Virus record (IMG/VR): IMGVR_UViG_3300046747_000228
Length of the DNA: 40,606 nt
DNA from: a virus
Strand: one strand, 5' to 3'
The translations under genes were made by a program, and so were the position numbers. Positions 23,458 to 32,818 of the stretch are shown one piece after another (the stretch's first letter is position 1; each line of letters opens with the position of its first letter). A model generated the notes under the pieces. The model was given only the letters and a program-made list of their open reading frames with translations, was not told where the DNA came from and did no database searches.

Positions 23458-24333
23458 TTACTTCGCGGCAGTCGCGAGCGCTTGCCGGATAGCGTCCAAA
23501 ACTTCCTTGGCGGTCTCGGCGGGGATCGCCTGCAGCGCAACGATCATCGCATCCGTCATGGCGGCCGGAGTCAGGCCCGCCAAGATCGCCTGCGCGATGG
23601 CTGCCTCATCGGCTAAGTCTCGGCCCGCCAGTTCGCTGACCATCGAGACAAGCTGCACGATACGCTGCGCCATCAGGTTGACTACCTGATACGCCTTCTC
23701 TTGCTGCCCCTCACCGTTCGGGATGCCGTGATACCACACGTCAAGCCCGGTCTTACTGGTCGCCGCGCCAGGCAATGCCGGATCCGGCATGTCTGTGCGC
23801 GTAAAGAACTTATTCAGTGCGTTTGTAACATCCTCTTCGCTCACGTCATCTCCAAACTTGTCGACGATTCCCCACGGCCGCGTGTCGGCCTCTTTCGCAC
23901 TGTCGTAGTCCGCGCTGAAATGCGCGTGCTCATCGTGCGGCGACGCTCCGGTATACGGCTCTTCGGCCCACCCGGTCCGGTAGTCCCATGTCCGACGCCG
24001 GTAGATGATGTACCGGAGGCGCCCGCGGTCGGTGCCGACGCTCTCGTCCTTCCGGCACTCACCGAGCAGGAACTGAATGATCTTTTCCATCGGATCGCTA
24101 CCGAGGTCAGGCCGGTTGAGGTCGTTGTCGACGTCGATCGCGTGAACCTCATTAACGCCGTCCGCGTCGTGAATCGGAACCTTGCCCGTCTCGTCCGGGT
24201 TGTGGTCCGATGACTCTTTCGAGTGTGCGTCGTCACCCTTGCTACCGTCCGACGCATGATCGCGGTTCGGAGCGATCCGATCGAACTCAGCGAAGAGCGT
24301 CTTCAAGCAGGGTATGAGCACCCAATCAGCCAT
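23458..24333 (-). CDS. Putative endolysin (zinc-peptidase-like N-terminal domain)
   Basis: 291-aa ORF positioned between the tail genes and the small membrane proteins. The N-terminus carries ASDGSKGDDAHSKESSDHNPDE...VHAIDVD...HDEHAHFS, a His/Asp pattern reminiscent of LAS/M15-type peptidoglycan peptidases. The call rests on position plus motif only. Confidence 0.5.
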   Translation of the reverse strand: MADWVLIPCLKTLFAEFDRIAPNRDHASDGSKGDDAHSKESSDHNPDETGKVPIHDADGVNEVHAIDVDNDLNRPDLGSDPMEKIIQFLLGECRKDESVGTDRGRLRYIIYRRRTWDYRTGWAEEPYTGASPHDEHAHFSADYDSAKEADTRPWGIVDKFGDDVSEEDVTNALNKFFTRTDMPDPALPGAATSKTGLDVWYHGIPNGEGQQEKAYQVVNLMAQRIVQLVSMVSELAGRDLADEAAIAQAILAGLTPAAMTDAMIVALQAIPAETAKEVLDAIRQALATAAK

Positions 24334-24358
24334 ACCTCGAGCGTACTGCGCGGCAGGT

Positions 24359-25072
24359 CTAGAGGAAGCTCGTCACGATGATCGCGCCGTTGTTCCCGTT
24401 GCCGCCATTGAGGGCCGAGCTCGACGCGATCTGTGACGCGCCGCTACCGCCTCCCCCGTACACCTTGCCAGACTGCCCCGCACCGCTCGTGTTCCCGTAG
24501 GCCGACCCCCCGATGATGGAAGCGCCACCGTCGCCGCCGCGCTGCCCTCCGGCCGTCGAAAAGAATCCGTGCCCCGAGCCACCCGCGCGGCCAGGGACGC
24601 GGAACGTGCCGCCCGTGCCGCCCGTGCCGCCCTGGCGCGACGAAGTGTTCGCCGAGAGTTGCCCGATCGTCGAGGTCGCCGCACGAACCGCCCCGCCTCC
24701 GCCTCCGCCTGCAGTGATAAGCGGCGTGGTGCCGAAGCTGCTAGTGCCGCCGTTCGGGCCGGCCCCCGTGCCGCCCGTACCCCCGGCGCCGACGGAGAGC
24801 GATTCCGTCGAGCCGAGATCGTCGGCGTCGATCCAATCGGACGCGTACTCGCCGCTACCGCCGCCGTCCCCGTGCGACCACTGTGAGGCGCCCGTAGCGC
24901 CCGCTCCGCCACCCGCGCCCCCGGCACCGATCACTTCGACGTGCACGAGCTTGGCGCCGGCGGGCTTCGTCCACGTGCCCGCGCCGCTCGTCGTGAAGAT
25001 TTGGATGTCCGGCGCGGCGGCCGACATTGCGTTATCGGCGAACGTCGGGTCGCCTGCGTCGATCAGTCCCAT
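24359..25072 (-). CDS. Glycine-rich minor tail protein
   Basis: 237-aa ORF with long GGxGG tracts (GAGGAGGGAGATG, GGTGGTGGT, GGGGSGAS), typical of the Gly-rich tail-tip proteins of actinophages. It follows the large minor tail protein. Confidence 0.65.
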   Translation of the reverse strand: MGLIDAGDPTFADNAMSAAAPDIQIFTTSGAGTWTKPAGAKLVHVEVIGAGGAGGGAGATGASQWSHGDGGGSGEYASDWIDADDLGSTESLSVGAGGTGGTGAGPNGGTSSFGTTPLITAGGGGGGAVRAATSTIGQLSANTSSRQGGTGGTGGTFRVPGRAGGSGHGFFSTAGGQRGGDGGASIIGGSAYGNTSGAGQSGKVYGGGGSGASQIASSSALNGGNGNNGAIIVTSFL

Positions 25073-25073
25073 G

Positions 25074-28000
25074 TCAGAGTGCCCACCTTCCAGCGCTTTT
25101 CGCGTGCACTGTGGTGCCCGCGGGGATCGCCTTCGCGACCCCGTTGATTGCTCTTGCGACCGTAGCGTCTTGAATGCCGGCGTCGGTCGTGATGGTCACG
25201 TCATCGACGTACAAGACCGTGCCGGCCGTCGGCGACGCGCGGACGCTCGGGCCGTACCCGAGGAATGCGGCGTCGTCCGGGGCGGTCGCGGTAACGGTCC
25301 GCTGCACGAAGCTTCCCGAGGCGAGCGAGGCGAGACCGGAATCGTCGGTCGAGAGGTAGTCCCCGTTCGCGTCGTACCAATCGATGGTGGCGCGAACGTC
25401 AGTGAGCAGCGCGGTCGAGCGCACCCATACGCCGAGCGTGTACGTCGCGCCCGGAACGACCCCGGGGGAATTGGCCAATGACGGCCGGATGTACGCCTGC
25501 GTCGGCGACCCCGTGACGGTCATGAGACCGGAGAATGACCCGCCGTGCGCGAAGGTGCCCGAGCGCGCGAGCGTGCAATTCGCGTTGAGGCCCCAATCGG
25601 TGATGTCCGACGTGTTCTCGAAGGCGCCGGAAATGAGCTTCGTATCGCTGCTTCGAGCGCCCATCGTGGTGACCGTGACGACCTCGCCCGTGCTCAGCAT
25701 GAGATCGGGCGTTGCGGTCGTCGACCATTTGATCTTTTTGGTGCCAAGCTTAAGCGACGTGCCGGCCGACGTCGCCGCGCTGATTACGTAAGAGCTCTTC
25801 GCGTCCCACAGACTCGTGGCCGAGTCCCACTCGCCGACCTGCAGCAGTTCCGCGGGTGAGCAGGCGAGCTCGACGTCCCATTTGTCGAGGTTCAGGGTCT
25901 CGGTGAAACCCTCGATGATGAGGTCGATGGTCTGCCCCGCGAGCTGCGCGCTCGGCGGGTTGGCGATCGTGATGCGCGAGCCGATACGGCAAGCGAGCCA
26001 CCCCGGGGCGAACTCGGGGTGAGCAATCAGATTGATCTTGACCCGTGGCCAACGGAGGAAATCTGCCGTGCTCTGGTTGAGCATCCATGAGGCGAAGTCA
26101 ATGAGGCGGCCGTCACTAGCGATGTTGAGCTCGGCCGAGTCGTCGAGTGTGCCCGTCTTCGCGATCGAGGCGGCATCCTCGACCGTGACGTTTTGCGCGC
26201 CCCCGGTCCTGCTGAGCTTCCATTTGTTCCGAAAGCGCTGGTCGTCGTCGGTCGGTTCGGGTGCCTCATCGAGGTGACCGAGCGCCCAGTCGAGCGCGAG
26301 CGCAACGGGCATGTTGTACCGGCGAGTGCGCGGGATGTACATGAGCGCATTGCCCCGCTCGCAGAGCACTCCCTGATCGGCTTCCTCGCACTCGCGCAGC
26401 AGGTCTACGAGCTTCCCAGGGCGCTGCCTACCCATCGGTTCCGAGTCGCCGTCGAGCACGTACGACGGCACGTTGTTCTCGCCGCACAGTCGCGCGAAGC
26501 GCGCGGAAGCGGTCTCGGTGGCGTAGCCGTCGGCGACGAGCGTAAACGTGCCGTCGACGAATGGAAGGTCGTTGTCGCCAAACCACAGGTGGGCAACGGC
26601 CATATTGTCGGATACCGGAATGATCGAGAAATAGTCGGGCTTAGTGGACGTGCCCGCGTACGTGTCGGTCGACGCCCAGTAGTCGACCTCGCCGATTTGA
26701 TGCCAGAGCAGCGCGACCGAGACGGTACCTCCCGAGACGTTCGTCTCGAGTTGCATGGCGATCCACTGCGTTGGGTCGACCGCCCAAGCGGCGCCGGCAC
26801 CCGCGATCGACGCTCCCGACGAGTCGGCCGCATCCCACGTCAAGGATGTCGCATCGACAATCAGGCTGAATACGCGCATCGTGCCCGTACACCGGAGGTA
26901 GATCATCTGCGTCGGGACCGCGGGGAGCGAGTCCATCTTGAAAAACCACAGGGCCGCGAAGCCGTCCGGGGTCGGCGTACTGCGGATGTTGAACTGGATG
27001 TTTCCCGTGGCGGGCGTGTCCATCGTCGGCACGGGCGCCGAGCCAGCCAAGGTGTCGACCGCAGCGAAGGTCACGCCTGACGTGATGGCGATATCGCCGT
27101 CGGTCGACAGGAGGTGCTGCGCACCGCTTTCCTCCTCGCAGGGGTAGTACGTGAACGGGCTCTGTGCGCTGAGATGGCTTAGGAGTGGCGAGTTGACCGG
27201 GCTCGTACCGGTCGAGAGGCGACGGATGATGCCTGCCCCGACGAGCGGCATGGTCGAGTCTTTGCCGCTCTTCTCCGGCCATTTGGGCGCCCACTCGGGC
27301 ACGTTGCCAGACCACAGCAGGTTGACGAGCGTGAAGTCGTCAACCTTCGCCGTGTACGTGCCGGCGTTCGTATTGATCCGCCAGCCGAACCAACCTGTGC
27401 CGACGCCCTCGACGGAACTGTCGGTCGTGACACCCTGCCACGTGTCCGGCTCGTCGGAGAGCGCCCCGGTCCACGTCTTGACCATGATGTACGGGCCGTC
27501 CGCCCGGGCCTTGCCCCAAACCTTCGTGCCGGCCGAGTACGTGACCGAGGTCGCGGTAAGCGCCAAGCGATCGGACTGAGCGCCCTTGTACACCCTCTGA
27601 ACCTTGACGGCGACCGTGCCGGCCGCCTGCAGCTCGACGTGAGCCCGCACGAGGTTGCTCGCGTCCGTGTGCCGCAGCAGCGCGGCCGAGACGAATGAGG
27701 CCCCGGTCGGCATGACGTCGAGCGTCGTCGACCATACGATCTCGACGTCCGGCGAGCCGGCGTCGACGACGACGTTGCGGCACGCATTGTTGGTCGCGAG
27801 CACGATCGTCGCCTGCGTGCCGTCGACGGCCGCCGTGCCGTTGCTCACGGTCCATGCGAACCCTTCGGGGGTCGACCCCCACCCGGACGCTACGGTTCGC
27901 GTGAACGGGTCATCGACCCGCGGCATGGTGACGCGCGCCGGCGTGCCGCGGCCGATCTGCCCGAAGTAGGCGCCCATAGCGTTGCGCGGCGAGAGGCGAC

Positions 28001-28199
28001 CGTCGCGGTTGTCCATCAGGGTCGAAAGCGAGCCAGCCTCGACCTCGTTCGCCTCATCGTCGCGGCCGGCGGTGATGACGATGTCGGCCTTCCGGCGCCG
28101 CTTGCCGGCGTCGACCCATTGCCACAACGACGGATCACCCGCAGGGTTTGCCCCGGGAGCGATCTCGATCGCTGTGCTGACTCGGGGGTCACTGCTCAC
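25074..28199 (-). CDS. Minor tail protein (distal tail/tip protein with a C-terminal carbohydrate-binding-like domain)
   Basis: 1041-aa ORF immediately after the tape measure gene (GTGA overlap at 28196-28199). The C-terminal roughly 170 aa (GAFENTSDITDWG...GATYTLGVWVRS...IDWYDANGDYLS) resemble CBM4/9-type jelly-roll modules. Confidence 0.7.
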   Translation of the reverse strand: MSSDPRVSTAIEIAPGANPAGDPSLWQWVDAGKRRRKADIVITAGRDDEANEVEAGSLSTLMDNRDGRLSPRNAMGAYFGQIGRGTPARVTMPRVDDPFTRTVASGWGSTPEGFAWTVSNGTAAVDGTQATIVLATNNACRNVVVDAGSPDVEIVWSTTLDVMPTGASFVSAALLRHTDASNLVRAHVELQAAGTVAVKVQRVYKGAQSDRLALTATSVTYSAGTKVWGKARADGPYIMVKTWTGALSDEPDTWQGVTTDSSVEGVGTGWFGWRINTNAGTYTAKVDDFTLVNLLWSGNVPEWAPKWPEKSGKDSTMPLVGAGIIRRLSTGTSPVNSPLLSHLSAQSPFTYYPCEEESGAQHLLSTDGDIAITSGVTFAAVDTLAGSAPVPTMDTPATGNIQFNIRSTPTPDGFAALWFFKMDSLPAVPTQMIYLRCTGTMRVFSLIVDATSLTWDAADSSGASIAGAGAAWAVDPTQWIAMQLETNVSGGTVSVALLWHQIGEVDYWASTDTYAGTSTKPDYFSIIPVSDNMAVAHLWFGDNDLPFVDGTFTLVADGYATETASARFARLCGENNVPSYVLDGDSEPMGRQRPGKLVDLLRECEEADQGVLCERGNALMYIPRTRRYNMPVALALDWALGHLDEAPEPTDDDQRFRNKWKLSRTGGAQNVTVEDAASIAKTGTLDDSAELNIASDGRLIDFASWMLNQSTADFLRWPRVKINLIAHPEFAPGWLACRIGSRITIANPPSAQLAGQTIDLIIEGFTETLNLDKWDVELACSPAELLQVGEWDSATSLWDAKSSYVISAATSAGTSLKLGTKKIKWSTTATPDLMLSTGEVVTVTTMGARSSDTKLISGAFENTSDITDWGLNANCTLARSGTFAHGGSFSGLMTVTGSPTQAYIRPSLANSPGVVPGATYTLGVWVRSTALLTDVRATIDWYDANGDYLSTDDSGLASLASGSFVQRTVTATAPDDAAFLGYGPSVRASPTAGTVLYVDDVTITTDAGIQDATVARAINGVAKAIPAGTTVHAKSAGRWAL

Positions 28200-30310
28200 G
28201 CGAGTACCACCTGCCCGTTACCGCCGTTCTTGACGCGGAAGGACTTGCGGATCCAGCGCCTAAATTCCTGCTCGCCGCCCGGGGTTATCTGCACGATGAT
28301 GGGGCGCTCATCGCCGCGGCCGGCAAGGTTCGGAAGCTGCGAGATCGGCGCGACCGCCTCGGCTTCGCCCCCTTCGGCGACGTTGACGAGCCGGCCGCCC
28401 GGGGTCGCGGGAACGATGCCGCCGTGCGCAAGCTGCGGGATGCTCGGCACACCGATCGTCCCCCCGCCGAACGTGTGCCCGAGCACGGAGAATGACGGAA
28501 TCGAGAAATGCAAGCTATTCCACTTGCCGATGACCCAATTGATTGCCGAGCGGAAACCGGATTTTAGCCCGTCCCACATCGACGAGAGCTTCGCGCGGAC
28601 CTTCGCGGGCATGCCCATTATCCAATTGAAAAACGCAACGCCCTTCGACTTGATCCAATTCCACGCCGTGACCGCAGCGCCCGAGATCAATCGCCACGCG
28701 CCGACGTATACCGAGATATAGCGCTTGATCGCGCCGAGTAGCCAATTGAAGACGACGACCGCGGCCTGCTTGATCCAGTTCCACGCGACGACGGCCGCCT
28801 GCTTGATGACGTCCCATGCGGCGATCCAAAACTTCCGGAACGCCTCGCTATGAGTCCAAAGCAGGTAGATCACGCCGACGAGCGCGGCGACGGCGAGGAT
28901 GATCAAACCGATCGGGTTGGCATCCATCGCGATGTTGAGCAACCACTGAGCAGCGGCCCATGCCTTCGTCGCGACCGCGACCGCGCCTTGCTTGATCAAG
29001 TAGGCGGCGATCTGAGCAGTAGCGGCGACGAAGTTGGCGGCGACGATCGCGCCGTTGTACAGAAGCTGCGCTGCCGCGGCGAGCCCGGTCGCCGCGCGAA
29101 CGGCGATGACCTTCGCGAGGTAGACCGCGATCTGCGCCGAGGCGAGCACGAAGTTCGAAGCGCCGAGCGCGATCTTCCATGCGACCTGCGCGACGGCCGC
29201 CGCTTTGGTGCGCGCCTCGGCGATGGCGGCGATCACGTTGTACACCTTGAGCGCCGCGTTGTACGCCAGGAAACCAGCGACGATCGCCGTGATCCAAGAC
29301 GGGGGCACGGCCGCCACGAGACGAGCCAGGGCGCCGGCAACGGCGCCCGTGATGGGCGCGAGTGGCGCGACCGCCTGCGCGATGTGCACGGCGGCCGTGG
29401 CGATCTGCCCGAGCATCGTGACGAGCCGCGGGCCCTGGGCTTGCATGTACGCGATGACCTTCGTGAAGCCCGCATCCTTGCCGGTCTCACTCGTGAATGC
29501 CGCCCACTTGGCGGTCACGTCGTCGAGCCACTTAAGGATGCCCTGCCCCTGCGCGTCGCCGAAGCGGCCGAAGATGTTGGCGAACGTCTTGCCGAGGTTG
29601 AGCACGATGCCCGTGAGCGAGTCCATCGCCGGGCCGGCACGCGCGACCATGCGTTCGATGAACCCGCCCTGAGCACCCTTCTCGATGGCGCTCAGGAGGC
29701 GCGAGACGGCCTTCTCGCCGATATCGAAGAGCGGTTGCAACTTCAGTACCGCGCTACCGATCAGCTTGTATCCGCGAGTCAGGATGCCGAATACGGCGGG
29801 TTTGTTGGTCTCGACGAAATCTTGCCAATCCGATTTCAGCTGGATAAACGCCATGGTCGCGGTACGGGTGGCAGGGGGGAGATTCTTCAATCGCGCCTGC
29901 AGCTCGAGGGTCGCCTCGGCTTGCTTCTTGAGGTACTTCGAGTTGTCCTGCCCCGCCTTCGCGGCGAGCTTCGCCTCGGTCTTGTAGAGCGCGATCTTGT
30001 CGCTGAGGTCGGTGACCTTCGTCGCGGCCTCGGTCACGTCCGTGACGGCCGTCTTAGTGACGGCGCCGAACACGCCGAGAGCGGCGCCCGCCCCCGCGAG
30101 CGCCGTCCCGAGACTGATGATGCCGGCCGTTGCGCCGGCGGCGAGGGGGACGACTGCCGAGACGCCCGCGAGCCCGCGGATCGCCTTGCCGGCAACGTCG
30201 TCGAGTTTGTTGAACGCCTTCGTGAGGTCCGTGCCGACCGCCTTGGCGCCCTTCTTAACGTCGTCGACGTCGATGCCGATCTCAATCAGCAGGTCGGCAA
30301 GAGTCGACAC
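28196..30310 (-). CDS. Tape measure protein
   Basis: 704-aa Ala-rich helical protein with long hydrophobic segments and W-containing repeats (AWNWIKQAAVVVFNWLLG, AWNWIKSKGVAFFNWIMG). It lies directly downstream of the G/G-T chaperone genes. Confidence 0.85.
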   Translation of the reverse strand: MSTLADLLIEIGIDVDDVKKGAKAVGTDLTKAFNKLDDVAGKAIRGLAGVSAVVPLAAGATAGIISLGTALAGAGAALGVFGAVTKTAVTDVTEAATKVTDLSDKIALYKTEAKLAAKAGQDNSKYLKKQAEATLELQARLKNLPPATRTATMAFIQLKSDWQDFVETNKPAVFGILTRGYKLIGSAVLKLQPLFDIGEKAVSRLLSAIEKGAQGGFIERMVARAGPAMDSLTGIVLNLGKTFANIFGRFGDAQGQGILKWLDDVTAKWAAFTSETGKDAGFTKVIAYMQAQGPRLVTMLGQIATAAVHIAQAVAPLAPITGAVAGALARLVAAVPPSWITAIVAGFLAYNAALKVYNVIAAIAEARTKAAAVAQVAWKIALGASNFVLASAQIAVYLAKVIAVRAATGLAAAAQLLYNGAIVAANFVAATAQIAAYLIKQGAVAVATKAWAAAQWLLNIAMDANPIGLIILAVAALVGVIYLLWTHSEAFRKFWIAAWDVIKQAAVVAWNWIKQAAVVVFNWLLGAIKRYISVYVGAWRLISGAAVTAWNWIKSKGVAFFNWIMGMPAKVRAKLSSMWDGLKSGFRSAINWVIGKWNSLHFSIPSFSVLGHTFGGGTIGVPSIPQLAHGGIVPATPGGRLVNVAEGGEAEAVAPISQLPNLAGRGDERPIIVQITPGGEQEFRRWIRKSFRVKNGGNGQVVLA

Positions 30311-30311
30311 G

Positions 30312-31054
30312 CTAACCCCCTCCCATCGCCTTGTGTAGCCGTCGAACCGTTCGAAGCATCTGCTCGGCGCCGGCCGCTTCGCCTTGACCCTGAGCAGCCC
30401 GTACCGCTTGCCACTTCGGCAGGAACTCGTCGGCCCGGTAGGGCCGTTGCGCCTTCCCGCGGTTCACGTTCGCGATCGTCGACATGAGCATCGCGAACAA
30501 ATTATCGAGGCGCTCGTCGCCGATCGGCCCGGTTACCGCCTCGTACGCCTCCCACTCTGTCAGCTCACGCGACGTGACCCGCTCGAGCAGTTCCTCGACC
30601 GTGCACCCGAGCGCGAGCGCTAGTCGGAAGTACCTCCGTCGCTCGGGTCGTTGCCGAAATTTTCGGCGAGCTTCTCCACATCCTGCTCGCTCATGCCGCT
30701 CAGTCGCCGCGCGGCGTCGAAGATCCGCTCGATCGGCGCCGCGCTCTTGCGTCCGAGCGCGCGCACGTCGTCGCTCGTGAAGACCGGGGTGCCGCTCTTG
30801 TCGACGACCGTGAGAACGACCATCTTCGCGCGGGCGTTCTGCAGGTTCACGCTCCGGCTATTGCCGTTGGTCTTGATAATCGATTCCTCGTACGCGTCCC
30901 GCTGCGCACCGGAGAGGTTGCGTACGCGCACCTTCCCGCCCCACTCCGGACAGTCGACGACCTCGTACTTCCGGTCGTCGGCGTCGATGATCGCATCGCG
31001 GCCGAGGAAATCCTCGACCGCGGCGTCCGAGTCGGTCACGTTCTGATCAGTCAT
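30312..31054 (-). CDS. Tail assembly chaperone, -1 frameshifted G-T fusion product
   Basis: The frame reached by a -1 slip at 30656-30662 stays open to TAG 30312-30314. It encodes ...LGCTVEELLERVTSRELTEWEAYEAVTGPIGDERLDNLFAMLMSTIANVN..., a typical T-part sequence. No independent start or SD is seen for this frame. Confidence 0.7.
30620..31054 (-). CDS. Tail assembly chaperone (G form)
   Basis: 144-aa acidic protein between the tail tube and tape measure genes. The slippery heptamer lies 11 codons before its stop. Confidence 0.8.
   Translation of the reverse strand: MTDQNVTDSDAAVEDFLGRDAIIDADDRKYEVVDCPEWGGKVRVRNLSGAQRDAYEESIIKTNGNSRSVNLQNARAKMVVLTVVDKSGTPVFTSDDVRALGRKSAAPIERIFDAARRLSGMSEQDVEKLAENFGNDPSDGGTSD
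30656..30662 (-). other. Programmed -1 ribosomal frameshift site (AAATTTC)
   Basis: The minus strand reads GCC GAA AAT TTC GGC. The X XXY YYZ heptamer A AAT TTC is in the zero frame of the G gene. Confidence 0.7.
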
Positions 31055-31076
31055 TCTGTCGTCTCTCCCTGTGTGC

Positions 31077-31514
31077 CTAGCTACCGGTCTGCGCGAGCGT
31101 CGGCTTGCCCGTGACCTTGATCGTAAGGCTGCGGGTCATTTTGTCGTCATACGCGAACTCATCACCGAGGTTGGTCATGATCCCGCGAAGGGTCCACGTC
31201 CACTCGTCCGCGGTGTCGGGCAGGAGTACTACCCGGTAGTTCCGCGGATCGGTGTCGTCGAAGTCGTCGTCGAGGTCGTGCGTCGCCTCAGCGGGGTCGT
31301 AATTGATGTCGAGCTGAACCTCGCCGCCATCCTTGAGACCGCCAATGAATTCCATCCACTGATCGGGCGAGTCGTGCGCGGTAACGTCGATCGTCTCGCG
31401 CTTGCGGTCCGGCCCCTTGATGTTCGTGACGTTGGCGATCGTCGCGTAAACCGTGCCCGGGGTGAGCGTGGTGGCGCGCTGGAATAGAGTACCGAAAGCA
31501 TCGCGACCCGACAT
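31077..31514 (-). CDS. Major tail (tube) protein
   Basis: 145-aa ORF upstream of the chaperone genes. Its size and sequence (TIDVTAHDSPDQWMEFIGGLKDGGEVQLDINYD) are typical of small siphovirus tail tube proteins. Confidence 0.75.
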   Translation of the reverse strand: MSGRDAFGTLFQRATTLTPGTVYATIANVTNIKGPDRKRETIDVTAHDSPDQWMEFIGGLKDGGEVQLDINYDPAEATHDLDDDFDDTDPRNYRVVLLPDTADEWTWTLRGIMTNLGDEFAYDDKMTRSLTIKVTGKPTLAQTGS

Positions 31515-31529
31515 GCGCGGTCGCCTCCC

Positions 31530-31994
31530 TTACGTGAGCTGCTGCGTCTGTATGCGAAATCGTACGACGTGGTGACGTATCTGCGGGTCAGGGTCCTCGA
31601 GTGCCTGATCAAATTCCTGGCGGATGGTCACGCACTTGTGCCCGTCCGCTGCGAGCAGCGCCGAGATCTCGGCGACCTTGTGGTCGAGCGATGACGTGAT
31701 CGCGTTGGCGATGTCCTGCCCGGGCTTGCTGCTGCGGGTGTACGTCCACACGTGCAACGTCTCGGTGATCTCGCGCCCGAACGAGGTTTGATCGTTGTCG
31801 GGGATCGAGAGGTGGTCGCCGATGCGCACGTACGGCTTCGCTTGCCCTTCGGGCGCCTGATCGACGACGGCCGGCGTTGCCGGCGTGACGTCTTTGATGG
31901 GCGCGAGCAGGGAGGCGAGCGTCGTGTCGGCGCGCAAGCGAGCAACGATCGCCCGCTGCAGGGGCGTGATCGGATTGCGGTTCGTGATGGTCAT
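31530..31994 (-). CDS. Tail terminator / tail completion protein (DUF3168-like)
   Basis: 154-aa product LQRAIVARLRADTTLASLL...KPYVRIGD...LHVWT matches the DUF3168 pattern. It has an ATGA overlap at 31991-31994. Confidence 0.65.
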   Translation of the reverse strand: MTITNRNPITPLQRAIVARLRADTTLASLLAPIKDVTPATPAVVDQAPEGQAKPYVRIGDHLSIPDNDQTSFGREITETLHVWTYTRSSKPGQDIANAITSSLDHKVAEISALLAADGHKCVTIRQEFDQALEDPDPQIRHHVVRFRIQTQQLT

Positions 31995-32365
31995 AGCCTC
32001 TTGAGCTCCGCTGCGATCTCGGCTCGTACACGCTTCGGGAAACGGCGCCGAGCGCGCTCGGCCGCAGGCTGCACGAAGGGCTGAGCCTTCGTGTCGTCGG
32101 TACCGTGCTCGACGAATGTGGCGTACCGCGCGGTCGCCACGGCGCGCCCGCGCAGCAGCTTCTCGTCGTACTCGGCCTGAATCGACTCGCGAAGCTCTCC
32201 GGTCTTGTACGGCGCCCCGCGCTTCATGTCGTCCCGAGTCTCGTACGTCTCGTCGCGGACCGCTCTGCCGCCCGCTGAGCGCACTAGAAACGGCATCGCT
32301 ATCAACTTGGCGCGCAGCTTTTCCATGCCGTGGATAGTGATCGTCTCCCGGCGCCCGCGAGCCAT
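31991..32365 (-). CDS. HK97 gp10-like head-tail connector (neck) protein
   Basis: 124-aa product GAPYKTGELRESI...YATFVEHGT...AQPFV is a classic HK97 gp10 family signature. Confidence 0.75.
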   Translation of the reverse strand: MARGRRETITIHGMEKLRAKLIAMPFLVRSAGGRAVRDETYETRDDMKRGAPYKTGELRESIQAEYDEKLLRGRAVATARYATFVEHGTDDTKAQPFVQPAAERARRRFPKRVRAEIAAELKRL

Positions 32366-32368
32366 GGC

Positions 32369-32818
32369 CTACTCCGTCGACTTCCGCGGCCGGCCGGGGG
32401 CGCGGCGGGGCGCGGCCGGGGGCGCCACGGGGTCGACGCCGGCGTCGAGGATGCCGAAGAGCACCTCGACGAGCCAGCCTTCGCGCTCGGTGTCAACGTC
32501 GACGGGCATGAGCCCGCGGGTCTGCAGCCCGTCAACGATGGTCGCGAGCTGTAGGCGGTAGCCCTCGGCGACCGACTCGGCCTCGGCAACCTTGCCGGGC
32601 CACGTCTCACCGTCGCCGCGCTCGGCCGCGCTCGGGCCGTCGTGCTCGTCGTCACCCTCGTACGGGAGATCGATCTTGTACGGCATGAACGAGTCGGGGT
32701 ACGCCTTCGCGACCGGGTGGCGAGCGTCGGCGAACGTGCGCCCGCGCACGACGCGATACTTCGAGCCGTCCGGCGCCGTGATGATGCCGTTTCGCTTCGA
32801 GACGACGATCTCGGTCAT
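32369..32818 (-). CDS. Hypothetical protein with a C-terminal AT-hook-like tail
   Basis: 149-aa ORF with an ATGA overlap with the upstream GT-like gene. It ends in PRRAPGRPRKSTE. No family recognised. Confidence 0.65.
   Translation of the reverse strand: MTEIVVSKRNGIITAPDGSKYRVVRGRTFADARHPVAKAYPDSFMPYKIDLPYEGDDEHDGPSAAERGDGETWPGKVAEAESVAEGYRLQLATIVDGLQTRGLMPVDVDTEREGWLVEVLFGILDAGVDPVAPPAAPRRAPGRPRKSTE

Noticed and set aside
28196-30310. Embedded enzymatic domain (lysozyme or peptidase) in the tape measure protein
   Set aside because: Only Ala-rich helical and hydrophobic segments and W-containing repeats were seen. No catalytic motif was recognisable by eye.
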